Shown here one piece after another: positions 24,803-39,428 of a stretch of 64,000 bases of DNA. Position 1 is the first letter of the stretch; each line of letters begins with the position of its first letter. The stretch comes from Octopus vulgaris (Eukaryota). The position numbers were made by a program, and so were the translations under genes. Below the pieces are notes generated by a model, which was not told the origin of the DNA, did no database searches, and saw only the letters and a program-made list of their open reading frames with translations. The stretch lies in assembly GCA_951406725.2 (NCBI GenBank), contig OX597818.1:145638001-145702000 (forward strand), in the 5' to 3' direction.

Positions 24803-27800
24803 TATGTTTGAGTTTTGCTTTATATTTGTACAAGTTGGCTCCAAGTCTCACCCAGAGACCTCAAGAGACAAGAGGTTGGAAGTTCATGTTGTTGTTATGC
24901 CTAGTGTACCATATATTTGGGGGGGGGGAGTTTTTGGTGTTGTACTAATGAATGTCTAAGATAAAAAAAAAAAAAATTTTTTCTCTTCCCTCTCCCTTTA
25001 AACCGAAAATTATGTTTGTTTTAAACTTTGAGATTACATAGAAAGTATTTTGCGTAGGATATGAGCAGTTCCCATGAGCACTATCTTTTGAATTTCTGCC
25101 ATTTTTGGGTTTCCTGGTATCTGAGTTAGGTAGCTATCAGCCCCTTTTGCTATAATTCCCAGGGCACCTATGACAACAGGTATTGTTTTAGTCTTCAGGT
25201 TCCACATTTTGCTGATTTCTATTTCAAGATCTTTATATTTGCTCAGTTTTTGGTAGGTCTTGACAGATACGTTTATATCGATTGGGACAGTCATATCAAT
25301 GGGGAGGCATGTTCTTTGTTTGAAGTCTTTCAATATGATGTCTGGCTTATTTGCATCTATCTTTCTGTCAGTTTGAATGGTGAAGTTCCAGAGGAATGAG
25401 ATGTGGTCATTTTCAAGCACCGGGGTTGGTTTGTGTTCCCACCAGTTTTTTTCATGGGGCAAATCCAGGTTTTTACAGATTACCCAGTGAATATATTGTG
25501 CAGCTCTATCGTGTCTGTTGAGATACTCTGTAGGCGCTAGAAGACTGCACTTGGAGACCACATGGTCAATGGTTTCATTTTGTTGCTGGCATACACGACA
25601 CGTTGGACTGCTTCTGCTCTTTAATATGTTGGCTTGGTAGTTTCTTGTTGGTAGGCATTGATCTTGAGCTGCTATGATAAACCTCTCTGTTTCAGATTTT
25701 ACGCCAGAGGCCATTAGCCATTGATGGGTCAGGGCTTTGTCAACATCTGCATTATTTGCTCTCTTTGGGTATTTGCCATAGAGAGGTTTTTCTTGCCATT
25801 TATCATTCAGAATATCTAAGGACGCAGATTTAGCATGGGTTTTCATGCGCTTAGCTTTTTCTGTGCCTGTTTCTTGTATGTCTATCTCTAATTCCGAAAT
25901 TTGTTGTATTCGGAATTCACTTAGATATTCCTTTGCCTGTTTTGTGACTGAGTATGATGCTTTCTTGTTTTCATGTTTTGAGACAAGTTTTAGCATCCAG
26001 TCCTCAGAGTTTTTCAGGTAGGTGTCTAGGCCAATTGTAGCAATCTTCATTGTTATTGCCAATTGTAAAAGTCCACGGCCTCCCTCTTTTCTTGGCAGAT
26101 AAAGTCGTTCTGTATCTGCCTTAGGGTGGTGCATTCTATGCATTGTCAACAGTTTTCGAATTTTCCTGTCAAGATTACATATTTCAGTAATTGACCAGTT
26201 AACGATATTGAAACTGTAAGTCACAACTGGTATGGCTAATGCATTGATCGCTTCGATCCTGTTTCTCGCATTCAGCTCTGTCTTGAGTATTGCTCTTACT
26301 CTGCGATAACATTCTCTCCTGATCCTTTCCTTCATCTCTGAATGCCTTATTCCTTCTCCTTCAATTACCCCTAGATACTTGTAGTTCTCTGCTGGGTCTA
26401 ATTCTTTTATGACATTCTGCTGGTCAAGTTTAGCGTTAGATGTTTCTGTCATTTTTCCTTTGATAAAGATAGCTTTTGCACACTTATCGAGGCCAAATTG
26501 CATTCTGATGTCATCACTGAATTGTTTGACAATCGCTAGTAAGCCCTTGAGTTGTTGGTCATTTTTTGCAAAGAGCTTTAAATCATCCATGTAAATGAGA
26601 TGATTTATATTTTTATCAAACATTTTATACCCGTACTGCGCGTCATTGAGCAGTTTTGAGAGAGGTATTAAGGCTAAACAGAAGAGGAGTGGTGATAGTG
26701 AGTCACCCTGGAAAATGCCACATGAAATTTTTACATTACCAGCATTTAGAGATTCATTGTCACTGTTCAAAGTTAGTGTGGTTCTCCATGATCTCATACT
26801 TACAGACAAAAAGTTTCGCAGAGCAGGTGCTATCTTATACATTTCTAGGCATTTCTTAATCCAGCTATGTGGTAGGCTATCAAAAGCCTTTTTATAGTCT
26901 ATCCAGGCTATTGATAAGTTTTTGTGTCGTTTGTGACAATCTTCTAAGATCATCTTATTGATGAGTAGTTGATCTTTACAACCGTAGGATCCACGTTTAC
27001 ATCCTTTCTGTTCTTTAGGGAATATGCTGCTGTCTGTAAAAAAACTATAGGTATATTCCGTCAGGACAGATGTTAGTGTTTTATACATAGTTGTTAAGCA
27101 GGTTATGGGTCTATAGCTTTTTGGTTCATTTGTTTCTTCACTTTTTGGAAGTAGGGATGTTAACCCATTAACTAGCCAAGGAGGCATCCTACTAGGTGTT
27201 GCACAACATCATTGTAATGTTCTGTTAGCAGTTCATGGCTCTCTGGGAAGGCATTCAACCAAAAGTTAGGGATTTTATCCTTTCCTGGAGACTTCCATTT
27301 GCTTGACCTCCTGAGAGCAGATCTTATATCTTCTACCTTGACACCCTCCCACTTTTGCTCTTCTAAGGAGTCCAGTTCTTTAGATATTCTATCAATCCAG
27401 GGGCCTTTTCGCTGTGTGTTTTTTCTTCTGTCCAAATTTTATTCCAAAATCCCTGCACTTCTTCTTTTGATGGTACAGACTTTACAGTAACTGTTGTTTT
27501 TCCTATCTTCCTGTAAAAAAGTTTAGGGATTATTTTTGAACATGTTGTTGTCCCTGAAGAATCTAACACGCTTTTCATACCTCGCTATGCGGGCAGCTTT
27601 AGCAGATACCTTTTGCTTGATGGTTTCTATTGTGGCATCAATATCAAGTATAGTTTTCATATTATACTTTTTCATTAGTTTTGGGTTTTTGTAGGTTTGG
27701 TAGTCTTGTGAACCTTAAGGTTTTTCAAATATTCAATGTCAGATCTAAATAGTTTAATTTGTTGTTGCAAACGCTCTTGCCAAGAAGGCTTTTTGTGGAA

Positions 27801-27915
27801 ATGTTGCCGTTTTCTAATCTTTTCACCACATAGGATCGTTGAGATTTTCGCGGATGCATAGTACAGGTGGTTGAGATCTGTGATATCAACATCATTAGCT
27901 GAAATTATATCCTTA
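24802..27915 (-). mobile_element. R4/Dong-like RLE non-LTR retrotransposon, 5'-truncated, relatively young (copy 1)
   Basis: Single-ORF RT-CCHC-RLE layout, with (TAA)n at both ends. Frameshifts near 27195 and 27400 lie upstream of the open frame. Confidence 0.93.
25034..27187 (-). CDS. Reverse transcriptase + CCHC finger + restriction-like endonuclease (717 aa, N-terminally incomplete)
   Basis: YRPITCL, WIDYKKAFDSLPH, GIFQGDSLSPLLF, YMDD, YKYLG, GGRGL, CRVC...HVVSKC, RHD, KPD..D..K..KY, GALG. Confidence 0.92.
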   Translation of the reverse strand: MPPWLVNGLTSLLPKSEETNEPKSYRPITCLTTMYKTLTSVLTEYTYSFFTDSSIFPKEQKGCKRGSYGCKDQLLINKMILEDCHKRHKNLSIAWIDYKKAFDSLPHSWIKKCLEMYKIAPALRNFLSVSMRSWRTTLTLNSDNESLNAGNVKISCGIFQGDSLSPLLFCLALIPLSKLLNDAQYGYKMFDKNINHLIYMDDLKLFAKNDQQLKGLLAIVKQFSDDIRMQFGLDKCAKAIFIKGKMTETSNAKLDQQNVIKELDPAENYKYLGVIEGEGIRHSEMKERIRRECYRRVRAILKTELNARNRIEAINALAIPVVTYSFNIVNWSITEICNLDRKIRKLLTMHRMHHPKADTERLYLPRKEGGRGLLQLAITMKIATIGLDTYLKNSEDWMLKLVSKHENKKASYSVTKQAKEYLSEFRIQQISELEIDIQETGTEKAKRMKTHAKSASLDILNDKWQEKPLYGKYPKRANNADVDKALTHQWLMASGVKSETERFIIAAQDQCLPTRNYQANILKSRSSPTCRVCQQQNETIDHVVSKCSLLAPTEYLNRHDRAAQYIHWVICKNLDLPHEKNWWEHKPTPVLENDHISFLWNFTIQTDRKIDANKPDIILKDFKQRTCLPIDMTVPIDINVSVKTYQKLSKYKDLEIEISKMWNLKTKTIPVVIGALGIIAKGADSYLTQIPGNPKMAEIQKIVLMGTAHILRKILSM

Positions 27916-27941
27916 TGATTATTATTATTATTATTATATCC

Positions 27942-28014
<73 letters not shown>

Positions 28015-28056
28015 GTGACTGAACGCCATGCATCCATTTCCAAGTAAGTTTATCTA

Positions 28057-28448
28057 TCTATATATATAAAGCTGAAGTTGTCTGTGTATGGCAGATTTCG
28101 TAGCCTTCAACTAACACTATCTCCTCCGAGACCCTGCGGCGCAAGTTGACCAAAATTGAGATTATGATAGAAGAAGGCTTCCTCTTTCTTCCGTTAAAGA
28201 AAAAATTTGAAATCGGACCGTGTTGACATAAAAAATTATTAACATCAAAAAGGTTCTTTTTTTTCTATGAAAATCCATATTTTTTTACGATTTTTTGACT
28301 ACTGTGTCGTCATTTTTCGGTGTATTTCAACCAGAAAAATGTTCACTTAAAGACAATAACAAGCTACATAATGCAAAATTTTTACTTTTCAAAAATTCCA
28401 ATTCTATAGGATCGAAACAAACCCGAGCAACGCCGGGCGATACTGCTA

Positions 28449-28449
<1 letters not shown>
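28057..28449 (+). mobile_element. Non-autonomous Helitron
   Basis: 5' A|TCTATATATATAAA, subterminal hairpin CCCGAGCAACGCCGGG, 3' CTAG|T. Confidence 0.85.
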
Positions 28450-28504
<55 letters not shown>

Positions 28505-29479
28505 CTGGTTACTGTTATATGTATGTGTGTATACATATATATGTATACACATATAAAATAAACTGGATCTCTTCCTGTCAGGTGTCCCAGATGAACCAAC
28601 TTCACGGCAGGAGGTGCAGATGAGGGCAGCTGCATCGAAGTCTCTCATGCACCAAATGGCAATTGATAAAAAGCATTCGTGAAGTAAAATCATGTAGCAA
28701 CACCGAATGGCGGTGCCCCAGCATGGCCACAGCTCGTGAGCTGAAACTAGATAAAATAAAATAAAATAAAAATAAAAAATAAAAGTAGTGTTTGGCTGAG
28801 ATCACCACTCGGTAATTCTATAAGCAAACGAAAGTTTGAAAGGAAGAAACAGTTGTGACATGCATATTAGCTACAGCGTTTGATTGAATACTCATTTAAA
28901 ACTTTAGACGTAAGGGAAAAAAAATTATTGTTTTTCCTAGCAGAAATGTAGGTGTTATTTTTAAAGGTAGGTTGTTGTTTAATAATTGTATCTGTAAATT
29001 AACATCGTTAAAAGAAGAACAAAATAACAAACGTAATTATATGTAACAAATATGAGACAATACAGGTAAACAAATAGAATGCAATTAAACGTAAATAGGA
29101 AAGAAAAGAGAAAGAAAAGGAGGTAGAGGATAGACGGTAAAGTGATGATGATGATGATGATGATGTTGATGAGGAGGAAGAGGATGATGATGATGATCTT
29201 GTATGAAAGGAATTGATGACGAGGTAAAGACGAGCTAGTTGAAATCGGAGCTAACATATATTAAGGAAAGTGGAGAATAGTTATCAATGAAAATTATGAC
29301 GACGACGACGGCAGCAGCAGCGGCAGAGGTGGCGGCGACGACGACGATGATGATGATGATGATGTGGATGGGGAGGTTACCGCAAAACGTTTCTCCGGCG
29401 TAAACGATTTGAATAGCAATAACGTTTAAATCATTACGCTATAAGGGATTAAATTTCAACAACAACAACAACAGCTACA

Positions 29480-29540
<61 letters not shown>

Positions 29541-30297
29541 TTACTACTACTACTAGTACTACTACTACTACTACTAGTACTACTCCTCCTATTACTACGA
29601 CTACTACTACTTAAAACATAAATGATATCAATGAGTTATTATAACAACAAGAAAAAAAAATGAGAAAAGATGAGAAAAGAAAAAAAAATAGTTGCATTTA
29701 TCAAGTTGAGTCCTGAGTGAAAAGAAATCGATTTAAGATTGCATTTGAAACGGCTTGAAAACACCACCTTCTTCACATTCCACCTACTACACACCACCAC
29801 CACCACCAAATACGGATATATATTATGTCAGACAAATCATTATTAATATTTTGTTTTTATGTGCTTGATATAAAACTGCCCTGTCATGAAGGCTTTAAGT
29901 AGCAAACCAGAAGGGATTTTCAGAGGTAAACGGTTTCGCTATTGAAGTTGAACAGAGGAACTTAGTAAATACAAATACTCACTGTAAAGGAATAAAAAAG
30001 AAAAGACAAGAAAGAATAAATGTAGGAATGTATGAATGAAAGAAAGAGCGGAATCAAAAAAGAAAGAAAGAAAGAAAGAAAGGAAGAAAGAAACAACAAT
30101 GTACAACTGAAAAGATCAATGGATTATTAAAGAGCTTCTGTATCTGTGATTCTTCATGACATATCGATCTGAGAGATGAGAAAACTCCGTAGTAAATATA
30201 ATCTAAAAATTATCTAAAATTTACTAGTTAAAAAAAAAAGAAACAAACAAAACTAATTTCCTTCTGATTTGTTGATTAAAATCTCGTATGACTGCTG

Positions 30298-30495
30298 CTG
30301 TTGTTTAGCCCCAGGTCAGCCTCAATCGAGCAAACCTATCAAAGTTATTCCAGCAATGGGCATCTCTTTTTATTCCAGATGTAATGTAACAACGACAGCA
30401 TTCATCATTTTCCATTTTAAGTGGTGTGGGTTTAGAGACATTCCATTGCTCTTTCTAGCTGGAGGAGCTACTGCTTAGAGGCTCACTCGTTGCCT
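30298..30495 (+). repeat. Old dispersed repeat (CCCAGGTCAGC..TGATCGAGCAG family)
   Basis: Related copies near 4143, 5080, 7540, 57440-57610 (minus) and 60525. Confidence 0.55.
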
Positions 30496-30814
30496 CAATA
30501 TAATAGGGTTTTATGTCTGCTAGTACCAACAGAACTAATGAAGATTTGCCCTTTGTTTCCAAGTCCAAATCACTCTTTTATTTAATTTTCGTTGCGAATA
30601 TCTTTGCTACAAGTATGAATGTCATAACATTCTATGCCCACGTCTTGTAAAATTCCAATATCATGTCTGTATAAGAAATAATCATAATCAGCAATTACCA
30701 GTCGTTACACTTTCACAAAGTTTCTGGTTTTCTTGTTTATCCTACATATTTACCTATATACTTTTACGCTGATGAAGAAAGTCTTCTTCAGAAAAAAAAA
30801 AAAAGAAGAAAAAA

Positions 30815-31060
30815 GGCGCCTGCCCCAAAAGTCAGGCTACATATGGTTTGCTTATGGGGTTTTCCCGTGAGCAGCCCTCGAACGTCTCATCCCTATTGAG
30901 AGTCACACATTGTTGATTTTTAAAATTTTGTTAGTCTTGTTTACACGCAAAACCATCACAACAATACATACGCACACACATAAACACACATACTCTTTGT
31001 TTTGTCCTGTGCTGCCCATAATGTTTTTCTTAAAGTAAACCCTTGTGGTTAATTAAGAAA
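30815..31060 (+). mobile_element. Tx1-like 3' UTR fragment
   Basis: TTATGGGGTTTTCCCGTGAG and CCCTATTG match the UTR of the 19689 element. Ends CCTTGTGGTTAATTAAGAAAT + (ATC/ATT)n. Confidence 0.65.
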
Positions 31061-31062
31061 TT

Positions 31063-31103
<41 letters not shown>

Positions 31104-31120
31104 TATTATTATTATTATTA

Positions 31121-31520
<400 letters not shown>

Positions 31521-31529
31521 ATTGTTGAC

Positions 31530-31841
31530 CTGTGAGTCGGAGAGAAGGAATTGGAGAGGGCACTTTCTCTTGATTTTCAGGGAAATCTTGGACAAGAGGG
31601 TTCCTTGATTATCCTTAGAGGTCATCCTGTATCAGGAGTGCTACACTCTATCATCCCTCTCCTCTGTTTTTTTAAACCTTTGTATTCTATGTATATGTCC
31701 CCTCCTTTTCATTGTATACCGTGTATACTTGCATTCGTTTTTTATAATTATTTTATCCCTCCATTATATGTAAACCCCACATTTTATGTCTGCCTTTGTA
31801 TTGTCCCATCATGCTTCTCCCTGGTGGCAAATAAATGAAAT
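31530..31841 (+). mobile_element. Tx1-like 3' UTR fragment
   Basis: Ends TTGTATTGTCCC...CCCTGGTGGCAAATAAATGAAAT + (CAT)n, the terminal motif of the Tx1 copy. No coding evidence. Confidence 0.55.
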
Positions 31842-31865
31842 CATCATCATCATCATCGTCATCAT

Positions 31866-34800
31866 TATTTGCTTAACTTTTGCTTTGTATTTGCATATGT
31901 TGACCCCAAGCCTCATCCAGAGACCTTAAGAGACAAATTAGTTCAAGTTGGTGTTATGACTTGGGTGCCATATATTTGGTTTGGCATAAAGTATTTTTCT
32001 AGAGAATGTCTAAGCAAACATAAGAAAATTATTAGTTTGTTTCATAATTTGTGATTACACAGACAGTTTTTTACGCGGGATATTGGCAGTTACCATGAAC
32101 ATTATTTTTTGAATTTCTTCCATTTTTTCTTTGGATTTCCTGATATTTGAGCTAGGTAGTAATCATCCCCTTTTGCTATCATTCCTAGGACACCTATGTC
32201 AACAGGTATTGCTTAGTCTTGGGGTTTCACATTTTGTCAAATTCTACTTCAAGATGTTTATACTTTCTCAGTTTTTCGTAGGTCTTGTCTGATACTTTTA
32301 TGTCGAATGGGACAGTCATATCGATGAGGAGGCATGATTTTTGTCTGAAGTCCTTCAATATAATGTCTGACCTATTTGCATCTATCTTTCTGTAAGTTTG
32401 AACGGTCAAGTTTCAAAGGATTGCGGTGTGGTCATTTTTAAGCAATTGCTGTGGTTTGTATTCCCACCAGTTTTTATCATGGGGCAGGTCTAAGTCTTTG
32501 CAAATTACCCATTGAATATACTGTGGTGCTCAATCATGCTGTTGAAATACTCCCTAGGCGCAAGAAGACTGCACATAGAGACAACATGATTGATGGCTTC
32601 ATTTTGTTGTTTACATACGCAACATGTTGGGCTACTGCCGTTCTTTAATATGTTGGCCTGGTAGCTTCTTGCAGGTAGGTATTGATCTTGGACTATTATG
32701 ACAAACACTTCTGTCTCTGATTTTAAGCCAGAAGACATCGGCAACATCGGCAAAATTAGCTTTCTTTGGGTATGTCATTGAGAGTTTTTTTCTTGCCATT
32801 ATTGATAAATGGCATGAAAAAACTCTTGGCATGAGTTTTAGCGCGTGTTTTCACACGCTTAGCCTTTTCTGTACTTGTTTCCAGAGTGTCTAATTCTGGG
32901 ATTTGTTGTATTTGGAATTCACATAGATATTTCTTTGACTGTTTTGTTACTGAGTATGGTGTTTTCTTGTTTTCATGATTTAAGACAAGTTTTAACATCC
33001 AGTCATCAGAGTTTTTCAGGTATGTTTTTAAGCCAATTGTGTGAATCTTCATTGCTAATTCCAGTTGTATAAGTCCACGGCCACCCACTTTTCTTGACAA
33101 GTAATGTCATTTTTTATCTGCCTTAGCGGGGTGCATTCTATGTATTGTCAACAATTTTCGTATTTTTCTGCCCAGATTACATATTTCAGTAATTGACCAG
33201 TTAATAATATTGACACTGTAAGTCACGATCGGTATGGCTAAAGTATTGATTGCTTCGATCTTGTTTCTTGCATTCAGTTCTGTCTTGAGTATTCCGCTTA
33301 CGCTGCGATAATATTCTCTTCTGAACCGTTCCCTCATCACTGAATGTTTGATTCCGTCCCCTTCAAATACCCCTAGGTATTTGTAGCTCTCCACTGGTTC
33401 TAACTCCTTTATGACATTCTGATGGTCAAGGTTAACTTTGGATGTTTCTATCATTTTTTCCTCTGATAAAGGTAGCTTTTGCCCATTTATCGAGGTCAAA
33501 TTCCATCCTGATGTCATCACTGAACTGTTTAACAATTGGTAGTAGGCCCTGTAGTTGTTGGTCATTTTTGCAAAAGCTTTATATCATCCATGTAAAAGAG
33601 CTGTTTTACATTCTTATCAAACTTTTTATAGTCATATCATACATCATCGAGCAATTTCAAGAGAAGTATTAAGGCTAGACAAAAGAGGAATGGTGATAGA
33701 GCGTCACCCTGGAAAATACCACATGAAATTCTTACATCTCCAGCATTGAGAGATTCCTTGTCACTGATCGAAGTCAGTGTTGTTCTCCATGATCTCATAC
33801 TTACAGCTAAGAAGTTTCGCAGAGTAGGTGCTATTTCATAAATTTCCAGACATTTCTTAATCCAGCTATGGTAGACTATCAAAAGCTTATTTATAATCTA
33901 TCCAAGCTATTGACAAGTTCTTGTGTTGTTTGAGACAATCTTCTAGGATCATCTTATTGACGAGTAGCTGATCTTTACAATCATAAGACCCACGTTTACA
34001 TCATTTTTGCTCATTAGAGAATATGTCACTTCCTATCAAAAAAACTATTGGTGTATTCCGTCGTGTCAGACGTTAGTATTTTATACATTGTTGTTAAGCA
34101 GCTTATGGGTCTATAATTTTTTGGTTTATTTGTTTCTTCATTTTTTGGAAGTAGAAATGTAACTCCATTAACTAACCAAGAGAGAATCGTATCAGGTTGT
34201 TGCAAAACATTGTTGTAAAGTTTTATTAGCAGTTCATGACTCTTTGAGAAGACATTCAACCAGAAGTTATGAATTTTATCCTTTATTGGAGACTTCCATT
34301 TGCTTGATTTCCTGAGAGCAGATCTTACATCCTCTACCTAGATAGCCTTCCACTTTTGCTCTTCTAAGGAGTCTAAGTCACTAGATTTTCAGTCCAAGGG
34401 GCCCTTTTACTGTGCTTTTTCTTCTGCCCAAATTTTATTTCAAAGTTCCTGCACTTCTTTTGATGGAACAGGCTTTAGTGTAATTGGTATTTTCCCTATC
34501 TTCCTGTGAAGATTTTGGGGGCTGTTTTTGAACATGTTGTTCTCTTTGAAGAACATAACGTGCTTCGCATACCGTGCTATGTGGGCAGCTTTAGCAGACA
34601 CCTTTCGCTTGATAGTTTCCGTGGTGATATCGATGTTAAGTATGGTTTTCATATTATACTTTTTCTTTAATTTTCGGATTTTTGTTGGTTTGATATTCTT
34701 GTCAAACTTAAGGTTTTGTAAACATTGTATGTCAGACATAAGTAGCTGAATTTGGTGCTGAATACACTCTTGCCTAATAGACATTTTGTAGGAATGTTGT

Positions 34801-35027
34801 CGTTTTCTAATCTCTTCGTCACATAGAATCGTTGAGATCTTCGCGGATGCATAGCACAGGTAATTGAGATGTGTAATATAAGTATCATTAGCTGAAATTA
34901 TATCCTTAATTGCAAGGCAGATTTTACCAATTACTTTCAGGTTTTGGTTAGTGTTCCGAATTTTTCGGAAAGTGTCACGTCCATGTAGTTTAAAAAGTTA
35001 AACTCCAAACACTCCGAGGATAAACAT
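31866..35027 (-). mobile_element. R4/Dong-like RLE retrotransposon, decayed (copy 2)
   Basis: Collinear with copy 1: YRPISCLTTMYK, GIFQGDALSPFLF, YKYLG, GGRGL, ANRSDIIL. Many frameshifts. Flanked by ATC/ATT arrays. Confidence 0.92.
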
Positions 35028-36330
<1,303 letters not shown>

Positions 36331-36410
36331 ATATCTTTATTAACCACAAAGGATTTACATTAAAAAACATTGAGGACAGCAGAGGACAAATAGAAAGTGA
36401 GGTTACATGT
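36331..36410 (-). mobile_element. Tx1-like 3' terminus
   Basis: Minus strand ...TTTGTCCTC...CCTTTGTGGTTAATAAAGAT, matching 31040-31060. Confidence 0.5.
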
Positions 36411-37357
36411 GTTACAGTATTTGCTTCATCGATTACACCTGCTGAGATTGATTCTGGCGACTGTATATTTATCCCAACCCATTTGCAGTAACGTGCCGAA
36501 GTCAGATACCAACATATTATTTTAACAGTTTACCCGTTCGCCATAAAAATAGCGTATAGCTTTAAATGTTTAACTGAAATTTATTTTGTTCCTAAATGGT
36601 TAAACTCAAATTAGCTGGTTATCTTTTGAGTGAAAGTATAAAGTATCAGTAAAATACTTTCGTAGACTCAATCGACTATACCCACCAGCTACTTTACAAA
36701 ATTGGAATTTACCCTACCCCCATAAAGATTAGAGACTATTATTTAACTATGTTGACATTAAACACGAAACTGAAGAGCATATGTGCCTTATGTTTACGGA
36801 AAGTAAAGGTTAAATACTGATTATTAATGTCATTTTAATTCTAAATAGCACGACCCAACTTCAAATATTGATTTTGCTTTCATTTTCTCGTGACGAATCT
36901 CTTTAATACCAAATCTTTTATTTCGTTTGTTATTTCCATTATAGAAATATCAACAGATTTAGTTAGAAATGTTTCTGCATTTTTGAGCAAGCTCTCAACT
37001 CCTCAATTTACACGAGATTTTCAAATGTATTGGAAGTCGTTGATTTTAATCCGACATGGTCTTCAAGAGCCCGATGTTGGCTTTGACGGTAATTTTTCCT
37101 TTATTCCTGTCAAATTCACTTTATTTCAAATGATGAGATAGAATGAGTTAAAATCGTACTAGATTTTATGTGGATAAATCTGTCATGGCTCAATACTGAA
37201 GCGAATACTTCAAACCAACACTTCAAGCTAAAGATACGCTCAAAAATTACAGTACTCTTATCAAGCACTTATTTAGTCATGGTACTTGTTTATTATTAGG
37301 AGATTTATACTAACATTGGAGTGCTTTGATCACAACTATCGATTGATCGATCTAAAC

Positions 37358-37432
<75 letters not shown>

Positions 37433-37531
37433 AGTTCAGTAAAAATTTAGATTCAGTTGAATATGGCACTTAAGGTAAAAGCACCAAAATTTGGTATGGT
37501 ATTATCGATATAAATCAAAATGGGGTGATTT

Positions 37532-37689
37532 TAATCAAAATAAGCAACAAGGATATCCAAAGGTAGTGCAATACAATCGTTTCATGCGACTTCATTTAGT
37601 TAAATAATACTTGGATTGTTTAATTAAATGAAGTGGCATGAAACGATTCTAATGCACTACCTTTGGATATCCTTGTTGCTTATTTTGAT

Positions 37690-37691
<2 letters not shown>
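37532..37691. repeat. 77-bp inverted repeat (foldback) in a (TA)n-flanked element
   Basis: Arms 37532-37608 and 37615-37691, 5 mismatches, 6-nt loop. Confidence 0.92.
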
Positions 37692-37741
<50 letters not shown>

Positions 37742-37953
37742 GATCCAGACACGCTTTTTTCCTCTCTCCGTGTTTGTTGGTTCCTCACCTGACCCTGTAT
37801 TCTGTTTTTGTACGTTTGAACTTTGTATATACATACATACATGCATACATACATACATACATACATACATACATACATACATACATACATACATACATAC
37901 ATACACACATACGTACATATATACATACATACATACATGCATACATACATACA

Positions 37954-37986
<33 letters not shown>

Positions 37987-38479
37987 GCATACATACATAC
38001 AAACATACATACCTACAAACTTACATACATACATAGTGTATATATAAATATGTACATACATACATACATACTTAAATACAAATATATATGTATATGTATA
38101 TGTATATGTATACAAATATGTATACGCATGTATCTATACACACATACACTTAATACGTACATGTGTGTGTTTGTCTGTCTGCCTATATAGACAGTATACG
38201 TATATGTACGTAGACACTATTTTATGCATGTATAGTGGGCGACTTTAAATATATGTGAACAAATACTGACTGAGAGCAATAAACACTAATTTAACTTCAG
38301 TGATATCATTTTCCCTTCTTACTTTAAACAGACGTCAATTTCCTGATCCGCTATTTGCAAGGACCATTAATAAATTACATGTATTTTGTTTTTCTTTTAT
38401 CACCATGTTCTGTATGCTTAATTAAGATACATCTGACGTCATTACACACGGCATGAGTTCAGCAATACACATATATATC

Positions 38480-38532
<53 letters not shown>

Positions 38533-38677
38533 ATATACAAACGCACTTTTAAGAAAGATATTTTAGTGCTTGTATTAAAAATGTATATCTTAACCTTTAG
38601 CGTATACACAGACATATATACATCTATCTATCTATATATGTGTGTGTGTGTATGTGTGTATGCATATATACACACAT

Positions 38678-38731
<54 letters not shown>

Positions 38732-38788
38732 TGGAAGGTTTGGAGATGATGTACAGGTATTTTATATTAGAAGAAATGAGGTACTCAG

Positions 38789-38912
<124 letters not shown>

Positions 38913-39157
38913 TTATATATATATATATATAATATTATATATATATTATATATTTATATAATATATATATATTATATATATATATGATATATATTATATA
39001 TATATTATATATATATATATATATAATTATTATAAATGAGGGTGAAAAATCGATATTAATTTAATAATACCGTCAATTTAACACCAAGTGGCTTAGCACA
39101 AAAAACTACGGAGAAAATACAAATTTATACAAATAAATGTATAAATTTGTATAAATT

Positions 39158-39190
<33 letters not shown>

Positions 39191-39225
39191 TATATAATAT
39201 ATATTATATATATATAATATATATA

Positions 39226-39428
39226 AAAGACCCCCTTCGGTCATGAATGACCATGGGATTGCACCTAGAAAGTTACCCTCCTAGACACAAGTCCGGGCAA
39301 GGTTGTTTATGGAAGGCCAGCAGTCGCCCATGCATACCGGCCTCCCCTCTCCACGCCACCAGTGTTATCCAAGGGAAAGACAAAGGTCGATACAGCTTGG
39401 TACCAGTGACGTCGCAACTCATTTCTAC
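39226..39428 (-). mobile_element. SINE 3' portion within a (TA)-rich array
   Basis: GC-richer insert. The minus strand ends GGTGCAATCCCATGGTCATTCATGACCGAAGGGGGTCTTT with a terminal stem-loop. Family recalled from memory only. Confidence 0.5.

Noticed and set aside
30768-30800. CTGATGAAGAAAGTCTTCTTCAGAAA
   Set aside because: Simple hairpin with wrong register to GAAA and no stem III or NUH.
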